From the NCBI GenBank assembly GCA_013334765.1, contig JAAXWW010000001.1, forward strand, positions 108,589 to 172,588: a DNA stretch of 64,000 nt, in the 5' to 3' direction. The position numbers were made by a program, and so were the translations under genes. The notes under the pieces are model-generated. The model made no database searches, was not told where the DNA came from, and saw only the letters and a list, made by a program, of their open reading frames with translations. Below are positions 1 to 8,857 of this stretch, one piece after another; the first letter of the stretch is position 1, and each line of letters opens with the position of its first letter. This DNA comes from Candidatus Moraniibacteriota bacterium. GTDB lineage: Bacteria; Patescibacteriota; Minisyncoccia; Moranbacterales; UBA2206.

Positions 1-524
1 GTTTTTCAGAGGAATTGGCTGGAGTTGTATTGCCTGAAGAGTTTGAGAATATTCCATCGGAAGAGGTTCTTGTTGAAAGACTCAAATCCTTTCTCATTAT
101 TGATGGAGATAATCCGTATCTTGGTACTCTTTATGATTTTTCAAGTAGCAATTCTCAATATATTTTCGAAGGAAATGAAGCGATGTTGCAAACTGACGAG
201 ATAAAGGGTCAGACTGCATATGCCGGAGCAGTCCGTGGTGCGGTTCGCATTATCAAGAAACAGAGTCAGATACAAAATATGAAACAAGGAGATATTCTTG
301 TTTCTCCTATGACGACACCTGATTTTTTGCCAGCCATGAAAATGGCAGCAGCTTTCGTTACCGACGAAGGAGGAATCACATGTCACGCCGCAATCGTTGC
401 TCGCGAGCTCAAGAAGCCCTGTATTATAGGCACTAAGAACGCTACTCAGATTTTGAAGGACGGCGATCTGGTCGAGGTGGATGCAGATAAGGGGGTAGTT
501 AGAATTCTAAAGAAAAAACCATAA
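1..524 (+). CDS. PEP-utilising enzyme (PpsA/PPDK-like) phospho-histidine mobile domain, C-terminal fragment (5' end outside window)
   Basis: Motif 'GGITCHAAIVARELKKPCIIG' is the canonical PEP-utilizers swivel-His signature; the ORF is open at the window start. Confidence 0.6.
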   Translation, partial: FSEELAGVVLPEEFENIPSEEVLVERLKSFLIIDGDNPYLGTLYDFSSSNSQYIFEGNEAMLQTDEIKGQTAYAGAVRGAVRIIKKQSQIQNMKQGDILVSPMTTPDFLPAMKMAAAFVTDEGGITCHAAIVARELKKPCIIGTKNATQILKDGDLVEVDADKGVVRILKKKP

Positions 525-606
525 AAATTTGCGTATTGAAGAAAGTAAATACCTTAAAAAACTCCTATTCTAAGCCAAAAAACAGAAGAAATAAATACTA
601 TACCAT

Positions 607-651
607 TACAAAGGGTTAGTATTGACAATCTGTAACCCTTTGATGCGGATA
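607..651 (+). promoter_or_regulatory. Candidate sigma70-type promoter (TTGACA-18-GATAAT) with an 8-bp inverted repeat (aagggtta/taaccctt) straddling the -35, ahead of the 697 operon
   Basis: ttgaca at 622-627 and gataat at 646-651; IR at 611-618 and 633-640. Read directly from the sequence. Confidence 0.35.
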
Positions 652-696
652 ATGGAATCATAAAAATAATCGGTCGGTTAAAATAAAAGAAAAAAT

Positions 697-1527
697 ATGT
701 TTGAAAATCCTATCGGAATAGCGGAAAAACAGGAACAAAAAGAGGGTCCGGAAGCCAGAGTGTTCTTTATCCGGCATTCCAAGGCTACTTATAGGAGCTA
801 TGGCGAGAAGCTGAAATCGACGGAGCCGGAAACGCCTATGGATATTGAAAGCCAATCGGCGGATCTTTCTTCAGAAGGAATCGAATTGGCTAGGAAAGAA
901 GCACAAAGATTCTTTTCCGAATTCGACCCAGGAAATGATATCGTCTTCATCGTTTCCAGCAATCAGATGCGGGCGATCGAGACGGCCAGGATATATGCGG
1001 ACACAGCCTTGGAAATGGGCATAGAAGTGGTGCATCATGAAAAGACTGGAACGGAAATAGCGGCGAAGGTCGGGGATGATATGGTCAGATCGATCGATAC
1101 TCTTTCTCCCAAAATGGAAAACATGGTTTTTGGAAGCGTCTTTAATCCAAAATCGCAGGTGCCGGAAATCAATTGGGAGGGCACGAACAGCGGAACGAAA
1201 GAGCTTTTCGAGAAAGCCAGAGCTATCGTGCTCGCGGATGATAGAGGTTCCTGGGGTGCTAATTTCTATGCGCATGCTGATGCAGTTAAAAAAATAATTC
1301 CGGAAGTGGAAACGCCGAAACATCTTCACGAAACCCAATTCAAAAATATGCAGCGCCTAGCTAAATTCGCCAGATCGAAGGCGACCGGAGAAAAAAGGGT
1401 CAATATTATCGGTTTCGGACATGAGGATGCCATGGGTGAGGTGTTAGAAGAACAGACCGGGGATCATAATATCGGGAATGTTGAGGCGGTGGAAATGACG
1501 GAGGACGGGAGGTTGGAGAGGTTGTAA
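697..1527 (+). CDS. Histidine phosphatase superfamily (PGM-like branch 1) protein
   Basis: N-terminal 'FFIRHSKATY' (RHG-type catalytic His motif) and downstream 'GFGHED' His; 276 aa. Confidence 0.45.
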   Translation: MFENPIGIAEKQEQKEGPEARVFFIRHSKATYRSYGEKLKSTEPETPMDIESQSADLSSEGIELARKEAQRFFSEFDPGNDIVFIVSSNQMRAIETARIYADTALEMGIEVVHHEKTGTEIAAKVGDDMVRSIDTLSPKMENMVFGSVFNPKSQVPEINWEGTNSGTKELFEKARAIVLADDRGSWGANFYAHADAVKKIIPEVETPKHLHETQFKNMQRLAKFARSKATGEKRVNIIGFGHEDAMGEVLEEQTGDHNIGNVEAVEMTEDGRLERL

Positions 1528-1550
1528 TGTTATAAGATAAGCATAATAAT

Positions 1551-2309
1551 ATGAATATGATGGAAATGCCAATTTTTGAGAAGAAAGAAAAAGAACCGAA
1601 GCTTCTTTTTAAGGCTATCTTAATGAGGCACGAGGAGCCTTATTATAAAGATGAGGGACATGATCTGACCGATAACGGAGTGGAGGGAGCGATTGAGACA
1701 GGAAGACGGATGAAAGCGGATGGGTTTTTTTCTGACAATGATCCGGTGACTCTTCTCCATTCTCCCAAACCTCGAGCCAAGGGCACGCTGGATTTCGTGG
1801 CTCAAGGGGCCGAAATTCCAACCGAAAAAGAAAGGGAAATAAAGATGATAGGACAGAGCAAGATGAATAATCGGGAGGCTTTTATGGATCGTGTAAGAGA
1901 ACTTGATTTTGACATTGAAAAATTAGCCGAGGATCATTATAAAAATGATATGTATGAAAACCGTCCTGACATTATTGAGCCGAACAATAAGAAAAAAGAA
2001 AGGCTGTATCGGTCAATGGAATATCTCATACGCTCGATAATGAAAAGCGATGGTAATCAGAATGAGAATGGAACGCCTCAAATCCTCGCAGTGTCGCATT
2101 TCGAGATAATCACGCATCTCATCGATGATGTTTTCGGCATTGAGAATATCGGGAAATACGATTCTCCATCATTCGGAGAGCAGGTCAAAATATCGGCTTT
2201 CGAAACAGAGGATAAAAACAAGATCAGTCTGGACATAGAATTCCGCGATATGCGAAAAACGGTAATATTCGACAGGACTTCCAGGTCAATCGAGCAAATA
2301 AACCAATAA
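1551..2309 (+). CDS. Histidine phosphatase superfamily protein, paralog of the upstream gene
   Basis: 'ILMRHEEPYY...GHDLTDNGVEGA' and a C-terminal 'AVSHFEII' His motif; 24 nt after the previous gene. Confidence 0.45.
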   Translation: MNMMEMPIFEKKEKEPKLLFKAILMRHEEPYYKDEGHDLTDNGVEGAIETGRRMKADGFFSDNDPVTLLHSPKPRAKGTLDFVAQGAEIPTEKEREIKMIGQSKMNNREAFMDRVRELDFDIEKLAEDHYKNDMYENRPDIIEPNNKKKERLYRSMEYLIRSIMKSDGNQNENGTPQILAVSHFEIITHLIDDVFGIENIGKYDSPSFGEQVKISAFETEDKNKISLDIEFRDMRKTVIFDRTSRSIEQINQ

Positions 2310-2313
2310 TCAT

Positions 2314-3324
2314 ATGGAAAATACGGTTTTTAATCTGATCAAAAAAGGGAAAATCAAAGGGTTTTCATCATCTCCAAGGATGATAGAGACGGTTATTTCC
2401 AGAGTATTCATTTTCGACGAAGACGATACGGTCCTCAAGTTCTACAAGAAGGACAATGACTGGTGGAATACCGAAATGAGGGATATATCAGAAGGGGCTC
2501 CAAGGATATCGTTCATCCGCGATGATTTTGAATTCAACAAGTTTCTCAATCCGAAGATATACATATCGCTCAAGGTTCCGATTATTTCTGATGGGATTGT
2601 CGTCTTGTCTGAGCCAAAAAAGGATGATGATGATTTGGTGATCGTCATGCGAAAAGAAGATGTGTCTTCGGTGTTTACGGATGTCCTCTGGAAGGGCGAT
2701 CTTTCAAGTGATGAATATCGCGAGATCGGAAAATCCTTCGCTAAGATAAAGCTTTCCATTCCGAGAAGCTTTATGCCTGAAGAAGTGCCCAGTTGGCATG
2801 AGCAGGCCAGGAAAAGAATCGAAGATGTGGCTGGATGGGTTGCGAGCGAGAAGGATTTTCCAGAGAAAATCGCAAAGAAGGGTATGAAAATTCTTTGGAA
2901 CAGTATCGACAGCAAGAAAGGACATTTTGATTCGATCGGAAAAAATGATCTGTTTGTCTCAATTGATTGCAACTCGGAAAACTTGATATATTCCGGGAAA
3001 GAACTTAGATTCATGGATGCCTATTCTCCAAAAGAAAATTGGCTGACTCAGACATTCGATATGGATATATTCAGGGTCGCGAGCGATATATACGCTCTTT
3101 CAGGAAAGGACGCGTATGAAAGCTATCTTTCGGGTGTCAAGGAAATCGCCGGAGAACATATGCATGATGAAGCTCACGAGTTCTACCTTTTCTATGGTGC
3201 CATGATTATGGGGCCCTATTTCTTCATGCTGAGCCATAAGGACAAGAGGTATCTTCCTATGGCGGAAAAATACCTCAAATTCATTGCTGATCAAATTAAT
3301 CAATCCAAGATAGCAGCTTCTTAA
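2314..3324 (+). CDS. Hypothetical protein, possibly protein-kinase-like fold
   Basis: 336-aa ORF 5 nt after the previous gene; 'SIDCNSEN' (D-x4-N) and 'RFMDAYS' weakly resemble a kinase catalytic loop and DFG-like motif. Speculative. Confidence 0.5.
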   Translation: MENTVFNLIKKGKIKGFSSSPRMIETVISRVFIFDEDDTVLKFYKKDNDWWNTEMRDISEGAPRISFIRDDFEFNKFLNPKIYISLKVPIISDGIVVLSEPKKDDDDLVIVMRKEDVSSVFTDVLWKGDLSSDEYREIGKSFAKIKLSIPRSFMPEEVPSWHEQARKRIEDVAGWVASEKDFPEKIAKKGMKILWNSIDSKKGHFDSIGKNDLFVSIDCNSENLIYSGKELRFMDAYSPKENWLTQTFDMDIFRVASDIYALSGKDAYESYLSGVKEIAGEHMHDEAHEFYLFYGAMIMGPYFFMLSHKDKRYLPMAEKYLKFIADQINQSKIAAS

Positions 3325-3355
3325 TTATGATAGTAAAAGTATAAGATTAAGTATT

Positions 3356-3751
3356 ATGGGACGAATACTTGGGATAGATTATGGGAAGGCTAAAGTGGGG
3401 TTGGCGATCGCGGACGCTGAGATCAGCATCGCTTTTAGCCATGGGATGCTTAGGAATGACAAGGATTTTCTGGAACGTCTGTTGAAAATAATCCAAGACG
3501 AGGATGCGGACATCATAGTCATAGGAATCCCTTCGTATGTCAATCGGGAGGAGACGGAATATGATGGGGAAAAGTTAGGAAAATATCTTGCCGATCATAC
3601 GGATGCCGCGATCGAATATCATGACGAGATGTTCTCGACGAAAATCGCCAGGGAGAATCTCAAGGAAAAAGGGATGAAGAATCTGAATGCCTTTGATGAT
3701 GCGGAGTCCGCCAAGGTTATCCTTCAGAGCTGGCTGGATAAGAAGAAATAG
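3356..3751 (+). CDS. ruvX: Holliday-junction resolvase-like YqgF/RuvX (pre-16S rRNA nuclease)
   Basis: 'ILGIDYGKAKVGLAIAD' N-terminal signature; 131 aa. Confidence 0.85.
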   Translation: MGRILGIDYGKAKVGLAIADAEISIAFSHGMLRNDKDFLERLLKIIQDEDADIIVIGIPSYVNREETEYDGEKLGKYLADHTDAAIEYHDEMFSTKIARENLKEKGMKNLNAFDDAESAKVILQSWLDKKK

Positions 3752-3781
3752 AGCTAACACGGGACTATTTTATTTTCAAAA

Positions 3782-3804
3782 GACGGGATATGCCCGTTTT
3801 TTGC
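3782..3804 (+). terminator. Rho-independent terminator after ruvX
   Basis: Hairpin acgggatatgcccgt followed by TTTTTT. Confidence 0.6.
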
Positions 3805-3841
3805 TTTATTATCGGTATTTTTTATCAATAAAAACGGGACA

Positions 3842-3870
3842 TTGACTATTTGCGAATATTATGCTAATAT
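3842..3870 (+). promoter_or_regulatory. Near-consensus sigma70 promoter (TTGACT-17-TAATAT)
   Basis: ttgact at 3842-3847, 17-nt spacer, taatat at 3865-3870. Confidence 0.45.
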
Positions 3871-3924
3871 CCACGGTCAGCTAATCTAAGAATTCAATCC
3901 TGGCTTGGCTCGGTGACAAAATCT

Positions 3925-4059
3925 ATGATTCCAGACCATCGCAACAACGAAATGATGATCAAGGGAGTAGCCATCGCTTTCGTTGCCATATTCATGGCAG
4001 CGATGTCGTTCACGTTCGTGATGGCTGTCTATGGCTCGGCAGCATTGGCGATTAGGTAG
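3925..4059 (+). CDS. Candidate 44-aa hydrophobic micro-protein (MIPDHRNNEMMIKGVAIAFVAIFMAAMSFTFVMAVYGSAALAIR)
   Basis: ORF below the 60-aa cutoff of the ORF track; sits downstream of the strong promoter; single predicted TM helix; 'ggtga' about 8 nt upstream as a weak RBS. Confidence 0.25.
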   Translation: MIPDHRNNEMMIKGVAIAFVAIFMAAMSFTFVMAVYGSAALAIR

Positions 4060-4115
4060 GATTTTGTCATATAGGCTGAAGTTTCTTAACAATTCAAAAA
4101 ACCAAGGAGAAGACC

Positions 4116-4694
4116 ATGAAGGTTTTAAGGGGTATTATTGTAGTGATCTGTGCTGTTTTTATGACAACCTTTCTTATCTGGATGTCGAGCGGCTGTTCGA
4201 AACCTGAAAAGCTCGAAGACCGGAAACAGGCATTGATGCAAATCGCCAGGGATCATCAGTTCGCCAAACAGGCTGGCGAAGCGGCCCTGACGAATGCTGG
4301 GAAATATACCAGTGCTGGCAGTTCGTCGTACTGGCTTTATGTTGCGATGGCTTGCGGGAACGACACATCCGGATATGACGGCGCGTCCATCGGCGACAAG
4401 GTTGCTCTTGGTCGGATGGCCGAGCTGGCCAAGCGGTTTGCTGATGGCGCCAAAGCTGACGAACTGTTCCGTCTTGCTCGAAGCGGACGTGCTCAAGATG
4501 CGCTTCAGCAAGCGCTCATGGTAAGCGGTGTTCCTGGTGAGCGGGATTGGCAAAAGACGGCTGATATTCTTGAGAGCCATCTGAAGAACAACCCTAATCT
4601 AACGATATCGGAAGGCAAGGCGATCGATGAAATGATCGCCAGCATCCAATCCTTTATCAAGGAGCGCAGTCGGCTTTTTGCCAAAAGTTCCTGA
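4116..4694 (+). CDS. Putative secreted lipoprotein (unknown function)
   Basis: Signal peptide with lipobox 'MSSGC'; strong RBS aaggag upstream; GC content higher than surrounding DNA. Confidence 0.55.
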   Translation: MKVLRGIIVVICAVFMTTFLIWMSSGCSKPEKLEDRKQALMQIARDHQFAKQAGEAALTNAGKYTSAGSSSYWLYVAMACGNDTSGYDGASIGDKVALGRMAELAKRFADGAKADELFRLARSGRAQDALQQALMVSGVPGERDWQKTADILESHLKNNPNLTISEGKAIDEMIASIQSFIKERSRLFAKSS

Positions 4695-4834
4695 TATTTT
4701 CAAATTTTACATCCTGCTCCGACTGCTTTGCAATTGCCCGTAAGGCAGCAAGGCAGGAGTTTCATTTTTTTGAGCCTGGTTCGCATATTGTGCGAGTCGG
4801 GCTCTTTTTATATATTTTTTCGACTTGCTGAACT

Positions 4835-4844
4835 ATGCTATAAT
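4835..4844 (+). promoter_or_regulatory. Extended -10 promoter element TGcTATAAT upstream of galT
   Basis: tgctataat at 4835-4844; no good -35. Confidence 0.3.
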
Positions 4845-4871
4845 AAGTCTGTCATAAAATGAAAAACAAAA

Positions 4872-5909
4872 ATGTCTGAGGAAAATAAAAAAGAAGAAAA
4901 AGGCAAAAAATTCACCGAGCTCCGCCAGGATCTGGTGACGGGGGATTGGGTGGTTATTGCCGCTAATAGGGCTAGGCGGCCGGAAGAATTCATCGTGCAT
5001 GACGATTGCGAGGTTGATGTCAGCGATGATGCCCAAAAGAAATGCTTTTTCTGCTATCCGGAAGAAACCGGTCAGGAAAAGGACGTTCTGATATATACGG
5101 ATGCGAAAAACGATTGGACGCTTAGGGTTTTTCCCAATAAATATCCAGCGTTCACCCGTGGGGATGAAATATCCCACCAAGAGGAAGGCCCGTATTTCAT
5201 GATGGAAGGAGTGGGATATCATGAGCTGGTGGTGACTAGGGATCACAAGAAATCGATCGCTCTTCTGGACAAAGAGGCGGTAGCGGAAGTGCTGGACGCC
5301 TATCAGGACCGCTATATTGATCTCATGAACAAGAAAAGCGTCAATTATATAGAGATATTCCATAACCATAAGAAAAGCGCCGGGGCATCCATTCCGCACC
5401 CGCATTCCCAGTTGGTGGCGATTCCGGTCATTTCCCCATATATAAAGTCCGAACTGGACGGAGCTGAGGAATATCACAAGATGAACAGGCATTGCGCTTA
5501 TTGCGCCGTGGCTGAGTGGGAAAGGGAAAATGGAAAGCGGGTCGTTTTCGAGAATGATAAGTTCATTGCGTTCTGTCCGTTCGCCTCGCGCGCCGCGTTT
5601 GAAATCTGGATCATGCCGAAAAAGCACAATCCATATTTCGAAAGGATGAGCACCGAAGACAAGCTGGAAGCGGCTGAAGCCCTTCAGGTATCGCTTGCAA
5701 AGATCTATGAATCGCTCGGCAATCCGGCTTATAATTTCTATTTGCATACGGCTCCATGCGACGGAAAGGATTATCCGCATTTCCATTGGCATATCGAGAT
5801 TCTGCCGAGGACCGCGCTTTGGGCGGGATTCGAACTTTCGACCGGAATCGAGATTTCAACAATCGAACCGGAAGCAGCAGCTGAGTTTTTGAGGAATGCG
5901 AAAGTATGA
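4872..5909 (+). CDS. galT: Galactose-1-phosphate uridylyltransferase family (HIT superfamily) protein
   Basis: Histidine-triad 'IPHPHSQ', 'FCPFASRAAFEIWIMPKKH', and Cys/His zinc motifs typical of class I GalT. Confidence 0.7.
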   Translation: MSEENKKEEKGKKFTELRQDLVTGDWVVIAANRARRPEEFIVHDDCEVDVSDDAQKKCFFCYPEETGQEKDVLIYTDAKNDWTLRVFPNKYPAFTRGDEISHQEEGPYFMMEGVGYHELVVTRDHKKSIALLDKEAVAEVLDAYQDRYIDLMNKKSVNYIEIFHNHKKSAGASIPHPHSQLVAIPVISPYIKSELDGAEEYHKMNRHCAYCAVAEWERENGKRVVFENDKFIAFCPFASRAAFEIWIMPKKHNPYFERMSTEDKLEAAEALQVSLAKIYESLGNPAYNFYLHTAPCDGKDYPHFHWHIEILPRTALWAGFELSTGIEISTIEPEAAAEFLRNAKV

Positions 5910-6012
5910 TACTGAGTGTCTTGCCAAATCAGGATGATTTATTGGCAGAAGCACTATCGATAATAACTAAATATCAAATGCAAAGCGTGAAATGCTGGAT
6001 AAGTGATACGGC

Positions 6013-6666
6013 ATGTTTGCTGTTTGGATTAGCAAATTTATGATTAGCGGAATTATATCAGTACTAGCCAGTTTCATTATTTGGGGGATATCTTCGCTGG
6101 GATATTCCGGTGTGGCTCTTATGATGGCGATCGAATCGGCGTGCATCCCTCTTCCTTCGGAAATAATCATGCCTTTTTCGGGATACCTGGTTTCTACGGG
6201 CACGTTCACTTTGCTGGGCGTGGCCTTGGCTGGAGCTATCGGATGCGTTATCGGTAGCGTCCTGGCTTATTGGGTCGGATATTATGGCGGACGTCCGATG
6301 GCGGAAAAATACGGGAAATACATCCTGGTTACGAAGCATGATCTGGATATCGCCGATAATTTTTTTGGAAAATACGGCAATGCGGCGGTATTTTTTTCCA
6401 GGATGCTTCCTGTTATCAGGACTTTCATATCGCTTCCGGCCGGGATCGCAAGGATGAATTTCCCCCAGTTTGTCCTATATACCTTCTTGGGTTCTTTTCC
6501 TTTCTGCTATATCCTAGCTTATATAGGAAAAAAATTGGGCGATAACTGGGATACTTTAGGGGTGTATTTCCATAAATTCGATATCGGCATAGGTGTTCTC
6601 ATAGCAATCGGACTGATCTGGTTCGTGAGGAGGCATCTTAATATAAAAAAATCCGGTCGGGCTTAA
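6013..6666 (+). CDS. DedA/SNARE-associated family membrane protein
   Basis: Multi-TM protein with DedA-like 'GxxxGxxxGY..G' core; 217 aa. Confidence 0.7.
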   Translation: MFAVWISKFMISGIISVLASFIIWGISSLGYSGVALMMAIESACIPLPSEIIMPFSGYLVSTGTFTLLGVALAGAIGCVIGSVLAYWVGYYGGRPMAEKYGKYILVTKHDLDIADNFFGKYGNAAVFFSRMLPVIRTFISLPAGIARMNFPQFVLYTFLGSFPFCYILAYIGKKLGDNWDTLGVYFHKFDIGIGVLIAIGLIWFVRRHLNIKKSGRA

Positions 6667-6681
6667 ATCAATATTAAATAT

Positions 6682-7449
6682 TTGGATATGGGAAAGCTGC
6701 TGATAGGGAATTTGAAAATGAATATTCTGAGCTCATATGAGAGGGACAGGTATTTTTCCGATTTCAATCTTGAAATGAAAAAATATGATTTTCCAGGATC
6801 ATCCCTGGTATTGTGCCCGCCATCCCTGCACATCGAGGCTTTCAGGAATAATTTCGGCGAGACTCTTTCTGTCGGTGCTCAGAACGTCTTTTGGGAGGAC
6901 AAAGGGTCGTATACGGGTGAGATATCGCCCAAGATGCTCAAGAACTTCGGCGTGGAATACGTGATTGTCGGACACAGTGAAAGGCGGAAATTCCTTGGCG
7001 AAAACGGGAGGATAATAAACGCTAAGGTCACAGCTTCTTTGAAGGCCAATTTGAAACCTGTTCTTTGTATCGGAGAAACGAGGCAGGAGAAGGATGCGAA
7101 TCAGATCGTGAAGGTGCTGACTCTTCAGATCAGGGAAGCTCTTCACGGCGTGTCCAAGCTGCGTGCCGGAAGCATTATCATCGCCTATGAGCCGATCTGG
7201 TCGGTTGGGACGGACAAGATTCCCAGTTCCAATGAGATCATGGAAGCCAAGGTGATAATTCGGAAGATCATATTTTCCATGTTCGACAGGAATATCGCCG
7301 AGAGCATCCCGGTTATTTATGGCGGCAGCGTCAGCTCGTTCACTGCCAAGCAGGTATGTGTCGACAGCGCCATGGACGGCGCGCTGGTCGGAAGGGAGAG
7401 TCTCATCCCGAAGGAATTCTTGAAGATAGCAGGCGTTATCGGTTGTTAG
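6682..7449 (+). CDS. tpiA: Triosephosphate isomerase
   Basis: 'GNLKMN', 'VGHSERR', 'AYEPIWSVGT', 'YGGSV' motifs. Confidence 0.9.
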   Translation: MDMGKLLIGNLKMNILSSYERDRYFSDFNLEMKKYDFPGSSLVLCPPSLHIEAFRNNFGETLSVGAQNVFWEDKGSYTGEISPKMLKNFGVEYVIVGHSERRKFLGENGRIINAKVTASLKANLKPVLCIGETRQEKDANQIVKVLTLQIREALHGVSKLRAGSIIIAYEPIWSVGTDKIPSSNEIMEAKVIIRKIIFSMFDRNIAESIPVIYGGSVSSFTAKQVCVDSAMDGALVGRESLIPKEFLKIAGVIGC

Positions 7450-7473
7450 CATAATTCTAAAAAATAAAATCAT

Positions 7474-8343
7474 ATGATTACAAGCGTAAAAGAGATTCTT
7501 GCGAAAGCTAAGGAAGGCGGATACGCGGTCGGCGCTTTCAATACGATAAACTTGGAAACGACTCGGGCAATCGTCGATGCGGCACAGGAGCTGAGGTCGC
7601 CGGTTATTATCCAGGTTACGGAGAAAACCATGGAATACGCGGGGGGCAGGATGATATTCAATATCATCAAGAATGAAGTGGAATTCTATGCTCCTGAGGT
7701 TCCGGTAGGGATCCATCTCGATCACGGGAAAAGTTTTGAAATAATAGAACGCGCGGTGGAAATCGGTTTCACTTCGGTCATGTATGACGGATCGAGAAAG
7801 AAATTCGCCGATAATCTCGATATCACTAAAAAAGTAGTCGCTCTTTGCAAAGAGAAAGGGGTGGATGTGCAGGGGGAACTGGGTAGCGTTCCGTATCTTG
7901 GAGAAGCCGGGACGGGTGAGATCAACTGGGATGAATATATGACCGATCCTGGACAGGCCGCGACGTTCGTTCGCGAATCAGGCATTGACGCTTTGGCTGT
8001 GGCGATCGGGAACGCGCATGGGTTCTTCAAAGAGCGGGAGGTGCCTGATTATGACAGGCTTGAGATGGTAAACAAATCCTGTGATAACATGCCGTTGGTC
8101 CTTCATGGCGCTTCCGATTGGGAGGATGGGAAAGTCAAAGAAGTCATAAGCCGCGGGATATGCTGCTTCAATGTCGACACGGCGATCCGGTTGGCTTTCA
8201 TAAATAGTGTTATAAATTCCACCAAGAACCAAGGGAGGAGCATTTCTTTCGATGTGCGTAATCTTCTAGGAGAGGCAAGGGAGGCGGTCAAGGACGTGGT
8301 AAAGCAGAAGATGATACTTTTCGGTTCTGACGGAAAGATATAG
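7474..8343 (+). CDS. fba: Class II fructose-bisphosphate aldolase
   Basis: 'GYAVGAFN', 'PVIIQ', 'HLDHG' class II aldolase motifs. Confidence 0.85.
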   Translation: MITSVKEILAKAKEGGYAVGAFNTINLETTRAIVDAAQELRSPVIIQVTEKTMEYAGGRMIFNIIKNEVEFYAPEVPVGIHLDHGKSFEIIERAVEIGFTSVMYDGSRKKFADNLDITKKVVALCKEKGVDVQGELGSVPYLGEAGTGEINWDEYMTDPGQAATFVRESGIDALAVAIGNAHGFFKEREVPDYDRLEMVNKSCDNMPLVLHGASDWEDGKVKEVISRGICCFNVDTAIRLAFINSVINSTKNQGRSISFDVRNLLGEAREAVKDVVKQKMILFGSDGKI

Positions 8344-8385
8344 CCAATTCCAGGCAATAATAAAAGTGAAGTGAGATATTGAACA

Positions 8386-8835
8386 ATGAAGCCTGTTACG
8401 GTTGAAAAAATCCTTTTGGAATTCGATCCCGAGCAAGGGAATATTTTGCCGGTACTGAAAAGAATCAATGCCGCTTTTGGATATGTTTCCGAAACGGACG
8501 CTAAGAAGATGGCGGATTATTTCTCAGTTTCCCTGTCTCATATTTTCGAGTTGGCGAGTTTTTACAGCCTTATCGGGACTAAAAAGGATTCGGATATCGT
8601 TATCAAGATATGTTCCGGAACTAATTGTACGGTTCAGGGCAGTTCTTGCCTTATAGCTGAAGTTGAAAAATATTTCGGAATAAAAGCAGGCGATGAGTTC
8701 AATCCCAAAGTCAGGTTGGAAGTGATCAGCTGTCTTGGGAGATGCGGCGAAGGGCCGATCATGATGGTGAATGGCAGGATATACACGAAAGTGACAGTTT
8801 CAGGCGCCCGGGATATCTTGGAAAATATGGAGTAA
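8386..8835 (+). CDS. NuoE/HoxE-like [2Fe-2S] thioredoxin-like subunit (24 kDa family)
   Basis: Four-Cys pattern 'CSGTNC...CLGRCGEGP' typical of NuoE/HoxE/HydC. Confidence 0.8.
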   Translation: MKPVTVEKILLEFDPEQGNILPVLKRINAAFGYVSETDAKKMADYFSVSLSHIFELASFYSLIGTKKDSDIVIKICSGTNCTVQGSSCLIAEVEKYFGIKAGDEFNPKVRLEVISCLGRCGEGPIMMVNGRIYTKVTVSGARDILENME

Positions 8836-8857
8836 ACGGAATGCTTCCGAATATCAT

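Noticed and set aside
4833-5792. 319-aa minus-strand ORF
   Set aside because: Entirely antisense to the well-supported galT gene (HIT motifs on the + strand); low-complexity, motif-free product; a typical shadow ORF.
6799-7725. 308-aa minus-strand ORF
   Set aside because: Antisense to tpiA and the fba start; no motifs.
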